From assembly GCA_020059585.1 (NCBI GenBank), contig JAGVBU010000003.1:879-64878 (forward strand): DNA of 64,000 bases. The letters run 5' to 3'. Under the pieces are notes generated by a model. That model made no database searches, had not been told where the DNA came from, and worked only from the letters and a program-made list of their open reading frames with translations. The position numbers and the translations under genes are program-made. Below, in pieces: positions 1 through 8,710 of the stretch (its first letter is position 1; each line of letters opens with the position of its first letter). Source of the DNA: Minisyncoccota bacterium (GTDB lineage Bacteria; Patescibacteriota; Minisyncoccia; UBA6257; GWB1-50-10).

Positions 1-2610
1 GTTGTGTCGGAAAAAAAGGATGCGCTCGCGCACAACAACGAAGAACTTCTTCGCGTGCAAAAAGAGATAAAAATACTCGGTAAGAAAATGGCGGATACTC
101 CGAGTAGTCTCACTCAGGAGGAGAGAGATGATATAGTTGGAAAATATATCGATCTCCAGAAAAAAGAAAAGCTCTTGAGAACATACGAATTGAGTCTTGG
201 ATCGAATTCTGTAAAAACATCAGATACCGTTTCTGTCGAAGAGCAGAAGAGCGTTAAACAGGAACCGGAAGTTAAGAAAAAGATTGTTTTTCCTCCAATT
301 CCAAAAACAGCAGGAACGGTTGAGGTGTCTCCCGAAACTAAAAAGGATGCCGTTATTGAGAAAAAAGAATATACAGATTCCCAGCTTTTGGATGCTGCGG
401 AAATATTTTGTAAATATAATCCGTTCGGATATGCAACGGATATTGAAAAAAACGCTGCGGGGGCGAAAGCAATAGAGCTTGTAAAAAAAGATCATTCCTC
501 GGAAGAGATTGCAGCCGCCGTGCACGTTGCTGAGGTGAGAAATAACATGCGAGGGCTTGTTGAGAGGGCAAAGTCCGTAGAGGAACAGTACAAGAACGCC
601 AAGGAGAATCAAAACGCCGATATTTCCCAAGTAACGGCAAAGCGCGATCAGCAGATAGAAACCATCCGCCGCGACAAGAAACTTCTCGAGAATGAATATG
701 GGGATCTTCTTCGTAATCTTAAGATAGAAAATATAAAACATCAGCTTGCGGGAATAGAGAAGTTCAAGGAACACGGTGATTTTCCGGAGAAAGTTAAGAA
801 TGTTGAAAAAACCGCGTTTGCGATGATTAACTCGGAAATGATGCGGTGGCAGGATGCGCGGATAGACACGAACAGAAAGATAAATCCTGAAGGATGGGAT
901 CATGTGGTTAATTTCTTTTCCCGCGTGGGAGATAAGGCGGGGAAGAGTAAAATGCTCGGGAGATATTTCAAGATGAACAGAAGTCTCAGGACCGCACTGA
1001 CCGCTGCTGTAATCGGCGCGGGAACGGCGGTGATACTTCCTTCCGCGGTAATTGCCGCGGGGGTTGGAACGGCGGGATATCTCGGAGTGAAAGCGATAAA
1101 TGCCATGACGGGAGGAGCATACTCCTATCAAATATCGAAGAGGATTATCCAGCCGCTTGAAGGAAAAGCGTATGGAAGCGATACAAAAAAAACGACGGAA
1201 AAATTTCAGGGAGAGGTGTTGAGAGATGAACACGTGAAAAGACTTGAGGATATCGCGCGTGGAGGAATGGATCAAAATGAGGTAGATGCGTTGCTCGCGA
1301 AGATAAGCGATAAAAATATAAAAGTGAGCGAGAAATACGCGCAGGAGATGCGCCGTCATGGAAATTACCGCAAGGCGAATCGTTTTCTCGGAACGCTTGC
1401 CGCGGGTCTTTTGGGCGGACAGGGCGCGGTTATGACAACCGATTATCTTCTTGGGCCCGGTATGTTAAATATATTCGGCGTGAAGGATGTGAATGCTGCG
1501 GAAGTTCTTCCCGATGATAAGACCGGGGAAGTTATGCCGGTTCCTGAAGCTCCGGAGATTACTTCTCCCGAGATAAATCCTGAAACATTGAAGATGGGAA
1601 CCGTGGGCGAGGGTGAAGGAGTTGAGCATGTATTCAGGCGTCAGCTTGAGGCTGATCCGGGAAAATTTGGATTTAAGGGTGATTTAACCGACAAAGCGGC
1701 TATCCGCGCATGGTCCGGCGGAGAAGCGCATCGTATCGCGATAGATGAGGGATATGTTGACGCGGTTACCGGAAAGGAAGTCCGCGTATTCGATATGGGT
1801 CCTGACGGCCCCGAGGGAAACCCTGCCTATATTTTGGAACAAGGCGCGGATGGAAAGCCGAACGTGCGTGAATATTTCGAAGGAAAGATGTCGGGCGGCG
1901 AGGGTACGAAGAATGTATATGAATACCTCCACGACAAGCCGAAAGTCATTGCGGATACTCCTGCGGTGGAGGAGGCACCGGCGAAATCTGGAAGCGATCT
2001 CTATGCGGAACGTTTGAAGGCCCCCGTGGAAGCAATGGGATTGCATACGCCGGAGGTGAGTATTCCGGATCATCTTGAACTTCCGCCAAGCGTGCAACGT
2101 GCGAATATTTTCGATAATTTCAATAAAGTTGTTCCCGAAATGGAACATATGATAGATCAATTTCCGAAGCTTTCCCTTTCTCAGCAGGAGGAGTTTCTCT
2201 ATGGTGCAAAAATGAATACCGTAGCTGAACAGATAACATATCTTCAGAAAAATAACGTACTTGAAAATATTTCGGAAAGTGAGGCGGAGGTATTCGGAAA
2301 GCTAAAGGATCATTGGCTGGAGATGTCTGAAGTGTTTGAGGAAAATGAGAAGAATTTTGAAGCCGCCGTGAAAGGCACGGTGCAGCTTAACAACGCGGGG
2401 TTTGAAAAACTTATGAACACGAAGATCCACAAGATATGGGATATACCTAACGGACCCCAATTCAACAAATTTTCAGATCTTCTCAAATCCGTGAATGTGT
2501 CATCAAATGAACTTGCGTCAGGCGCGTCAGTGGGAGAAATATTAAGGACGCGGTTTGTGAATGGGGAATTCATGAAAGCGGCTCAGGTGGACAGTGTACT
2601 CAAGATCTAA
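1..2610 (+). CDS. Large hypothetical protein, probably 5'-truncated by the window edge; coiled-coil N-terminus, Gly/Ala-rich hydrophobic segments, extracellular-like C-terminus
   Basis: 868-aa ORF open from base 1; E/K-rich heptads; hydrophobic stretches (LTAAVIGAGTAVILPSAVIAAGVG; FLGTLAAGLLGGQG); no recognised catalytic motif. Confidence 0.8.
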   Translation, partial: VVSEKKDALAHNNEELLRVQKEIKILGKKMADTPSSLTQEERDDIVGKYIDLQKKEKLLRTYELSLGSNSVKTSDTVSVEEQKSVKQEPEVKKKIVFPPIPKTAGTVEVSPETKKDAVIEKKEYTDSQLLDAAEIFCKYNPFGYATDIEKNAAGAKAIELVKKDHSSEEIAAAVHVAEVRNNMRGLVERAKSVEEQYKNAKENQNADISQVTAKRDQQIETIRRDKKLLENEYGDLLRNLKIENIKHQLAGIEKFKEHGDFPEKVKNVEKTAFAMINSEMMRWQDARIDTNRKINPEGWDHVVNFFSRVGDKAGKSKMLGRYFKMNRSLRTALTAAVIGAGTAVILPSAVIAAGVGTAGYLGVKAINAMTGGAYSYQISKRIIQPLEGKAYGSDTKKTTEKFQGEVLRDEHVKRLEDIARGGMDQNEVDALLAKISDKNIKVSEKYAQEMRRHGNYRKANRFLGTLAAGLLGGQGAVMTTDYLLGPGMLNIFGVKDVNAAEVLPDDKTGEVMPVPEAPEITSPEINPETLKMGTVGEGEGVEHVFRRQLEADPGKFGFKGDLTDKAAIRAWSGGEAHRIAIDEGYVDAVTGKEVRVFDMGPDGPEGNPAYILEQGADGKPNVREYFEGKMSGGEGTKNVYEYLHDKPKVIADTPAVEEAPAKSGSDLYAERLKAPVEAMGLHTPEVSIPDHLELPPSVQRANIFDNFNKVVPEMEHMIDQFPKLSLSQQEEFLYGAKMNTVAEQITYLQKNNVLENISESEAEVFGKLKDHWLEMSEVFEENEKNFEAAVKGTVQLNNAGFEKLMNTKIHKIWDIPNGPQFNKFSDLLKSVNVSSNELASGASVGEILRTRFVNGEFMKAAQVDSVLKI

Positions 2611-2665
2611 CGGGAGAGTATCGTCACGCAAAAAAAGGAACGGGGGATACCGCTCCTTTTTGTAT

Positions 2666-3274
2666 TTAGAATGAAACCATTGCACCGACGTCAATGACAA
2701 GATTATACCCGAGTTTTTTCCCCTCGTTTTTCCCGTTGTACAGCGCTTTCGAAAATACGGAAAAATTTTTAAGCGGGGATATACTTGCGTATAACCCATA
2801 TCCTTTCAGATCTTCTGCGGCAACTCCGAGTCCGAGCCATTCGGTGAAATTGTGGGCATAGATAACCTGATATCTGATTCTTTCTCCCGCCCATATATTG
2901 GTCCATAAATCATTATAGGGATCTCCTACCCACATTCTCCCTATAAACATTCCATGTTTTTCTGAATTTTCCGGATCAATTTCAACTCCCGCGGCGAGAT
3001 CAAATCTGATATTTTTCGACGCAAGAAATCCGATTCCTGCGGCAATCGTCGCAACGCTGTCATTTACCATCGAATATCCTGAGATACCGACGGTGTGTTC
3101 ATAAAACATCATCCGAACAAGGATTTCTCCTTCTATGTTTTTCAGATCTCTTCGATCTGTATAAACATCGTTCGTATGTGTTCCCTTAAAGAAGCCGTGC
3201 ACGCGTGGTGTTTGCGCAGAGAGCGTTATCACGCAGATCATCATGAAGGCAAGAAGAAGCACAATCTTTTTCAT
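2666..3274 (-). CDS. Secreted hypothetical protein, beta-barrel-like
   Basis: Sec signal (MKKIVLLLAFMMICVITLSA-Q); alternating amphipathic strands; C-terminal Phe (VIDVGAMVSF); AAGGA upstream. Confidence 0.65.
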   Translation of the reverse strand: MKKIVLLLAFMMICVITLSAQTPRVHGFFKGTHTNDVYTDRRDLKNIEGEILVRMMFYEHTVGISGYSMVNDSVATIAAGIGFLASKNIRFDLAAGVEIDPENSEKHGMFIGRMWVGDPYNDLWTNIWAGERIRYQVIYAHNFTEWLGLGVAAEDLKGYGLYASISPLKNFSVFSKALYNGKNEGKKLGYNLVIDVGAMVSF

Positions 3275-3334
3275 CTGTGATTTCCTTATATTTGGTTATG
3301 TAAATAAAATTGGTTACAATTTCACGCTGGTTTT

Positions 3335-3363
3335 ATAGTAGCATTAATTTCATAATATGTCAA
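3335..3363 (-). promoter_or_regulatory. sigma70-type promoter for 2666..3274
   Basis: TTGACA-N17-TACTAT on minus strand. Confidence 0.65.
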
Positions 3364-3410
3364 TTTTTCCCTGTATTAATCGTCGGTTTGCAAGTACAAT
3401 GGAGAGTGCA

Positions 3411-4403
3411 ATGAATTTCGGATTCTGGAGAAAACTGAAGAAACCTTTTCTTATAATCGCACCGATGTCCGATGTGACGGATGTCGCGTTTCGCGAAATG
3501 TTTGCGCGTCATGGCGCGCCCAATGTGTTTTGGACTGAATTTGTTTCCTGTGATGGGTTGTGTTCCGAAGGAAAAGATCGGCTTCTTTCGCATTTTTTGT
3601 ACACAAAAAGACAGCGGCCTATTGTCGCGCAGCTTTTCGGTGCCACGCCCGAGCATTTTTATCGCGCCTCACTTCTTGTAAAAGAATTAGGATTTGATGG
3701 TATCGATATCAATATGGGATGTCCCGATCGTGCGGTGGAGCGGCAGGGAGCGGGTGCCGCACTTATTAATAATCCGAGACTCGCCCAAAAAATAATTTTT
3801 GAGGCAAAGCGGGGCGCGGGACGGCTTCCTGTTTCGGTGAAGACGCGCCTTGGATATCACAAGGATACAATGGAGGAATGGCTTCCGTATCTTTTTGAAA
3901 CGGAACCCGCGGCGATCACACTTCATGCGCGTACGCGGAAGGAATTGTCGAAAGTTCCGGCTCGCTGGAACAGGATCGCGGATGCTGTTGCGTTGCGTGA
4001 CGGATATTTTTCCGGCACTCGGTCAAAACCGTTCATACTTGGGAACGGAGATGTGACGAGCGTTGCCGACGGATATATGAAAATGAAGGAAAGCGGCGCG
4101 GATGGGGTTATGGTTGGTCGCGGCATATTCGGTAATCCGTGGTTTTTTAATCCGCGTGGGCGGCGCGTCTCTGTTGAAACGCGCCTCAAGGCGCTTCTCG
4201 AGCATACGATTCTTTTTGAAAAATATTTTGGAAATTCAAATCACGATCGCTCTACGGCGATAAGGAATTTTGATATTATGAAAAAACATTTTAAGGCATA
4301 TGCGTCCGGCTTTGACGGCGCGAAAGATATTCGGATGAAATTAATGACTATGAAATGCGCCGATGATATGCGTGCTTTTCTGAAAAAGAAAAGATATCTA
4401 TAA
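3411..4403 (+). CDS. dusB: tRNA-dihydrouridine synthase (Dus family)
   Basis: APMSDVTD, IDINMGCP, SVKTRLG, LHART, GNGDV, VMVGRG motifs; start chosen at MNFGFW. Confidence 0.9.
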   Translation: MNFGFWRKLKKPFLIIAPMSDVTDVAFREMFARHGAPNVFWTEFVSCDGLCSEGKDRLLSHFLYTKRQRPIVAQLFGATPEHFYRASLLVKELGFDGIDINMGCPDRAVERQGAGAALINNPRLAQKIIFEAKRGAGRLPVSVKTRLGYHKDTMEEWLPYLFETEPAAITLHARTRKELSKVPARWNRIADAVALRDGYFSGTRSKPFILGNGDVTSVADGYMKMKESGADGVMVGRGIFGNPWFFNPRGRRVSVETRLKALLEHTILFEKYFGNSNHDRSTAIRNFDIMKKHFKAYASGFDGAKDIRMKLMTMKCADDMRAFLKKKRYL

Positions 4404-4417
4404 AGAAATAATATTCT

Positions 4418-5611
4418 ATGAAAAGAATGCTTAAAAAACACTTTGGATTTGATTCATTTCTCCCTTTTCAGGAGGATATTGTCGCCGACGTGTTGCAAAA
4501 AAAAGATGTGCTTGTGGTTCTCCCGACAGGCGCGGGAAAATCGCTTTGTTACCAGCTTCCCGCGCTTGAACTCCCTGGAACCGCGCTCGTCATTTCTCCG
4601 CTTATATCCCTCATGAAGGATCAGGTTTCTTCGCTTGAACGGAGAGACATCGCCGCGGCATATCTGAACAGCAGCCAAGGGGTCAAGGAAACGCGCGAAG
4701 TGAAGCAAAAGGTTCTTGATGGAAAGATAAGGCTTTTATATGTCGCTCCCGAGCGGATAATGAAGGATGGATTTCTCGATTTTTTGTCCGATGTGTCGGT
4801 TTCGTTTGTTGCGATTGATGAAGCGCATTGCATTTCGGAGTGGGGTCATGATTTCCGTCCCGAATACAGAAAACTCGGCACGCTTCGCGAAGCGTTTCCC
4901 CGCGTGCCGTTCATCGCGCTTACGGCGACCGCGACAAAAAAAGTACGTGACGATATAAAGAATCAACTTCGTTTTGTGGATTATGCGGAACACGCGGGAA
5001 GTTTTGACAGAAAAAATCTTACGTATCACATTAGGGCGAAACAGAATACGTATTATCATATAGTAAGCTATATCGAAGATCATCCGAATGTTTCGGGGAT
5101 TATTTATTGTCACAGTAGGAATTCTACTGAAAAAATGGCAAGCGATCTTTTGCGCGATGGCATTGACGCGGTTCCGTATCATGCGGGACTTCCTCAGAAG
5201 GAGCGTACTGAAAATCAGGAGAGATTTCAAAAAGGAGACGCAAAAATAATCGTGGCGACGATTGCGTTCGGAATGGGAATCGACAAACAGGATGTCCGGT
5301 TTGTTATCCATTATGATCTTCCAAAGAATATTGAGGGGTATTATCAGGAGACCGGCCGTGCGGGGAGAGACGGAAAACCCTCTGATTGCATTCTTTTCTT
5401 TAGTTATAGCGATAAGATGAAGCACGAATTCTTTATTAATCAGATGAAAAATCCGAATCGTGCCGCGGTGGCGCAGTATCAGCTCGAGAAGATGGTTGAT
5501 TTTTGCACGTCGTCAGAATGCAGGAGAAAAATGCTCCTTGGGTATTTTGGAGAGACATATAGAAACGAAAATTGCGGCGCGTGCGACATATGCACTGAAA
5601 CATATTATTGA
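4418..5611 (+). CDS. recQ: RecQ-family ATP-dependent DNA helicase (short form)
   Basis: PTGAGKSLCYQ, DEAHCISEWGHDFRP, ATIAFGMGID, QETGRAGRDG, C-terminal Zn motif CRR...CGACDIC. Confidence 0.93.
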   Translation: MKRMLKKHFGFDSFLPFQEDIVADVLQKKDVLVVLPTGAGKSLCYQLPALELPGTALVISPLISLMKDQVSSLERRDIAAAYLNSSQGVKETREVKQKVLDGKIRLLYVAPERIMKDGFLDFLSDVSVSFVAIDEAHCISEWGHDFRPEYRKLGTLREAFPRVPFIALTATATKKVRDDIKNQLRFVDYAEHAGSFDRKNLTYHIRAKQNTYYHIVSYIEDHPNVSGIIYCHSRNSTEKMASDLLRDGIDAVPYHAGLPQKERTENQERFQKGDAKIIVATIAFGMGIDKQDVRFVIHYDLPKNIEGYYQETGRAGRDGKPSDCILFFSYSDKMKHEFFINQMKNPNRAAVAQYQLEKMVDFCTSSECRRKMLLGYFGETYRNENCGACDICTETYY

Positions 5612-5678
5612 GTGCGTGGGAGCATTTTTATGCATATTTGGTCTTTCCGATGGGTGTGATTCGTGGTATCATGGGCAC

Positions 5679-5756
5679 ATGAATAAGGCGAGAAAAATTG
5701 CAAAGAAAAAGCATAATAAAAAGAAAGGGAAAAAAGTATCGCTTAGAAACCGATAG
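5679..5756 (+). CDS. 25-aa highly basic micropeptide MNKARKIAKKKHNKKKGKKVSLRNR
   Basis: TGGTATCAT extended -10 six nt before ATG; stop 5 nt before the next gene; K/R-rich. Confidence 0.55.
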   Translation: MNKARKIAKKKHNKKKGKKVSLRNR

Positions 5757-5761
5757 AGGCA

Positions 5762-6949
5762 ATGATCCAGCGCGGAATCGCCACATTCACCCTCGATTAT
5801 GGGAAGTGTCCCAAGTGGCTTTTTGATCGGATGGTGGCGCTGGGACGCGAGATGATCAGGGTTATCGTTGCCGAGGAGGGTTCCGATGCGTTTATCCGGA
5901 GAATCGGAGATCCCGCGTGGTTTCAGTCGCTTGGTACGGTGCTTGCGTTTGACTGGAATGCGTCCGGGCTGACCACTATACTTACCGCGGCACTTAAGGA
6001 AGCTATCCGAGGCGAAGAGCGCGACCTCGGTGTTTTTATTTGCGGAGGGAAGGGAAAGACGTCACGAAAGACTCCTGATGAGATATCGTCGTGGGGTATG
6101 CGTATGGCGCTCGATAGAAAAAATACCGACGCGCTTGCGTATAATTCAAGGATGGCGGCGAAAGTGGACAGCGCGCTCATTCAGGACGGGTTTCAGATAT
6201 ATCACCATAGTTTTTTCTTTACGAAGAATGGCGCGTGGACCGTCGTCCAGCAGGGGATGAATCTTGAAAACCAAAGCGCGCGCCGATATCATTGGCATTC
6301 CTCGAAGGCGAAAGATCTCATCCGCGAACCCCATTCGGGGATTTCAAGCGAATGTACTGTTGAAAATGTTTTGAATATGACTGCGGGGGAGAGCGAAAAA
6401 AATCGTGCTATCAGCACAGCTCTCGTAGAGCAAAGTTTTGGGACGCTCATGAAAGACATTACGCTCTTGAGGAAACATTATTCACCCGTATCGCGTATGG
6501 CGTCGATTGGAAATCTGTCTGGTACGCAGCTTACGCTTCTTGAACTTGAAAACAGAGAATTCACCACACATCCCGTCGTGCGAGAAGATTTTTCAAAAAG
6601 CAAATATCTTGAGAAAATACTCTCAAAACTATGCGATGAGCAGCCGGAAGATTATGAAAAACTTGTGGCGACTCAGGGTGTCGGTCCGAAAACGATCCGT
6701 GCGCTTTCGCTTGTATCCGAAGTAATCTATGGAGCAAAGCCGTCATACGAGGATCCGGCGCGATATTCTTTTGCGCATGGAGGAAAGGATGCGACGCCAT
6801 ATCCTGTGGATACGGTGACGTATGACGAGACTATTGATACAATGAAAAAGTACGTCGAAAAGACGAAAATCTCACCGATTGAGAAGAGGAAAATAGTCAA
6901 AAGAATGGAAACAAAAAGCGAGCAGTATGAAGTATCGAGTATCAAGTAG
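5762..6949 (+). CDS. DUF763 family protein
   Basis: G(K)CPKWLFDRM, FDWNASGLTT, CGGKGKTSRKTP, AKVDSALIQDGF, SFAHGGKDATPYPVD motifs. Confidence 0.88.
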   Translation: MIQRGIATFTLDYGKCPKWLFDRMVALGREMIRVIVAEEGSDAFIRRIGDPAWFQSLGTVLAFDWNASGLTTILTAALKEAIRGEERDLGVFICGGKGKTSRKTPDEISSWGMRMALDRKNTDALAYNSRMAAKVDSALIQDGFQIYHHSFFFTKNGAWTVVQQGMNLENQSARRYHWHSSKAKDLIREPHSGISSECTVENVLNMTAGESEKNRAISTALVEQSFGTLMKDITLLRKHYSPVSRMASIGNLSGTQLTLLELENREFTTHPVVREDFSKSKYLEKILSKLCDEQPEDYEKLVATQGVGPKTIRALSLVSEVIYGAKPSYEDPARYSFAHGGKDATPYPVDTVTYDETIDTMKKYVEKTKISPIEKRKIVKRMETKSEQYEVSSIK

Positions 6950-6971
6950 AAAGTATTAAGTATTGGGTATG
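6923..6971 (+). repeat. Heptamer tandem array (7 units, NAGTA(T/G)N)
   Basis: CAGTATG AAGTATC GAGTATC AAGTAGA AAGTATT AAGTATT GGGTATG; last unit supplies the ATG of the next gene. Confidence 0.8.
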
Positions 6972-8645
6972 AATACATCAGAAAAAAGAAACTGTCAGAA
7001 CTGTCATCAAGAGTTCACTATCGAACCCGAAGATTTCGATTTCTACAAAAAAATCGACGTACCGCCGCCGACGTGGTGCTCGGAATGCAGGCAAATGAGG
7101 CGCTATTCATGGCGCAATGAGCGTAATTTATATCGAAGGAATTGCGATAAATGCGGAAAATCGACGGTAACCATTTATCATCCCGATGCTCCGTATACGG
7201 TGTATTGCCATGCGTGCTGGTGGAGTGATGTATGGAACGCAAAAGACTTTGGAATGACAGTTGACGTTGATCGTCCATTTTTTGAACAGTTTAGAGAATT
7301 ACAGCTCAAGGTGCCGCGCGTCGCGCTTCTCGGAAAGAATTCCATAAACAGCGAATATACGAATCATTCCGCGGATAATAAGAATGTCTATCTTTCGTTT
7401 GATTGTTTCAACTGTGAGAATGGGTTTTATATGAGTAACTGCTGGAATGGAACGAAGGATTCGTGCGACGTGAATCTTGCATATGAGGGAGGGGAATTCC
7501 TCTACGAATGCTTCCATTGCGATCGGTGCTTTAAGTGCGAATTCTGCCTTCTTGTCGACGACAGTATTGAGTGCAAGTATTGTTTTGATTGTGTAAATTG
7601 TCAGAACTGTTTTTTAAGCTGGAATCTGCGAAACAAGAAATATTGTTTCAGAAATGAGCAACTGACGAAAGAGGAATATGAAAAAAAGATAAGCGAATTG
7701 GCGCTTGGTTCTTATAAGGAGAGAGAAGAACTTTATGCGGAATGGAAGAACATTCTTGAGAAAAAGTCCTTTCATAAGTATGCGCAGATCGTGAAATCAC
7801 AGAATATATCTGGCGACGTCATTCATAATTCGAGAAATGTGAAGAATGGATATTATATATATGATAGTGATAATGTACGCCACAGCATCATTGCAATTGC
7901 GAAGGATTCGATGGATCTTTTCAGCGTAGGGCTTGGCGCGACCAATTCGGTATACGAATCGCATGCGCTTACCGACGCATCAAACGTGAAATTTTGCCAT
8001 CTTTCTTATGAAAATGCATTTATCGAATATTGCGACTCATGTCATAATTCGCAGAATCTTTTCGGATGCATCGGACTTCGTAAGGGAGAATACTGTATTT
8101 TAAACAAACAGTACACGAAAGAAGAATATGAATCTGTAAGGGGTGAGCTTATCAATAAAATGACCGCGCGAGGGGAATATGGCGAATTTTTCCCGCAGTC
8201 GCTTTCGCCATTTGGATATAATGAGACGCATGGGGATATTTATATGCCGATGACAAAGGAGGACGCGCTTGCGCACGGATTCCGATGGCAAGATAACATA
8301 CTCATTACAAAGGGGAAGGGAACGCTTCCTCCCGAAAACATTCCCGATAATATTCGCGATATCAACGATGCTATTACGAAGGAGGCGCTTACGTGTGTTT
8401 CATGTTCGCGAAACTACAATGTAGTGCTTCCTGAGGTCACTTTTTATAAAAGAATGGATATTCCTGTTCCGCGTCGTTGCCCCGAGTGTCGATATCGAAG
8501 ACGGATCGGGCTTCGTCCGCCACGAAGGCTCTGGCATCGCCAATGTATGAAACCGGGCTGCACAAACGAGTTTGAGACAAGCTACGCGCCCGAGAGGCCG
8601 GAGATTGTGTATTGTGAGAGCTGTTATCAGCAGGAGGTTATATAA
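6969..8645 (+). CDS. Cys-rich protein with terminal Zn-ribbon (CxxC) modules; paralog of 46144..47871
   Basis: CQNC...PPPTWCSEC N-terminus, internal CxxC/NLFGCIGL repeats, C-terminal CMKPGCTNEFETSY.PERPEIVYCESCYQ. Confidence 0.88.
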   Translation: MNTSEKRNCQNCHQEFTIEPEDFDFYKKIDVPPPTWCSECRQMRRYSWRNERNLYRRNCDKCGKSTVTIYHPDAPYTVYCHACWWSDVWNAKDFGMTVDVDRPFFEQFRELQLKVPRVALLGKNSINSEYTNHSADNKNVYLSFDCFNCENGFYMSNCWNGTKDSCDVNLAYEGGEFLYECFHCDRCFKCEFCLLVDDSIECKYCFDCVNCQNCFLSWNLRNKKYCFRNEQLTKEEYEKKISELALGSYKEREELYAEWKNILEKKSFHKYAQIVKSQNISGDVIHNSRNVKNGYYIYDSDNVRHSIIAIAKDSMDLFSVGLGATNSVYESHALTDASNVKFCHLSYENAFIEYCDSCHNSQNLFGCIGLRKGEYCILNKQYTKEEYESVRGELINKMTARGEYGEFFPQSLSPFGYNETHGDIYMPMTKEDALAHGFRWQDNILITKGKGTLPPENIPDNIRDINDAITKEALTCVSCSRNYNVVLPEVTFYKRMDIPVPRRCPECRYRRRIGLRPPRRLWHRQCMKPGCTNEFETSYAPERPEIVYCESCYQQEVI

Positions 8646-8710
8646 ATAGAAAAGCATATCTTTAAAAGCCCGTTGGGGCTTTTTGTTTTTAGTGCTAAAA
8701 TGCGAAGGAA

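Noticed and set aside
220-1359. 379-aa minus-strand ORF
   Set aside because: Antisense shadow of the 868-aa gene; atypical composition, no motifs
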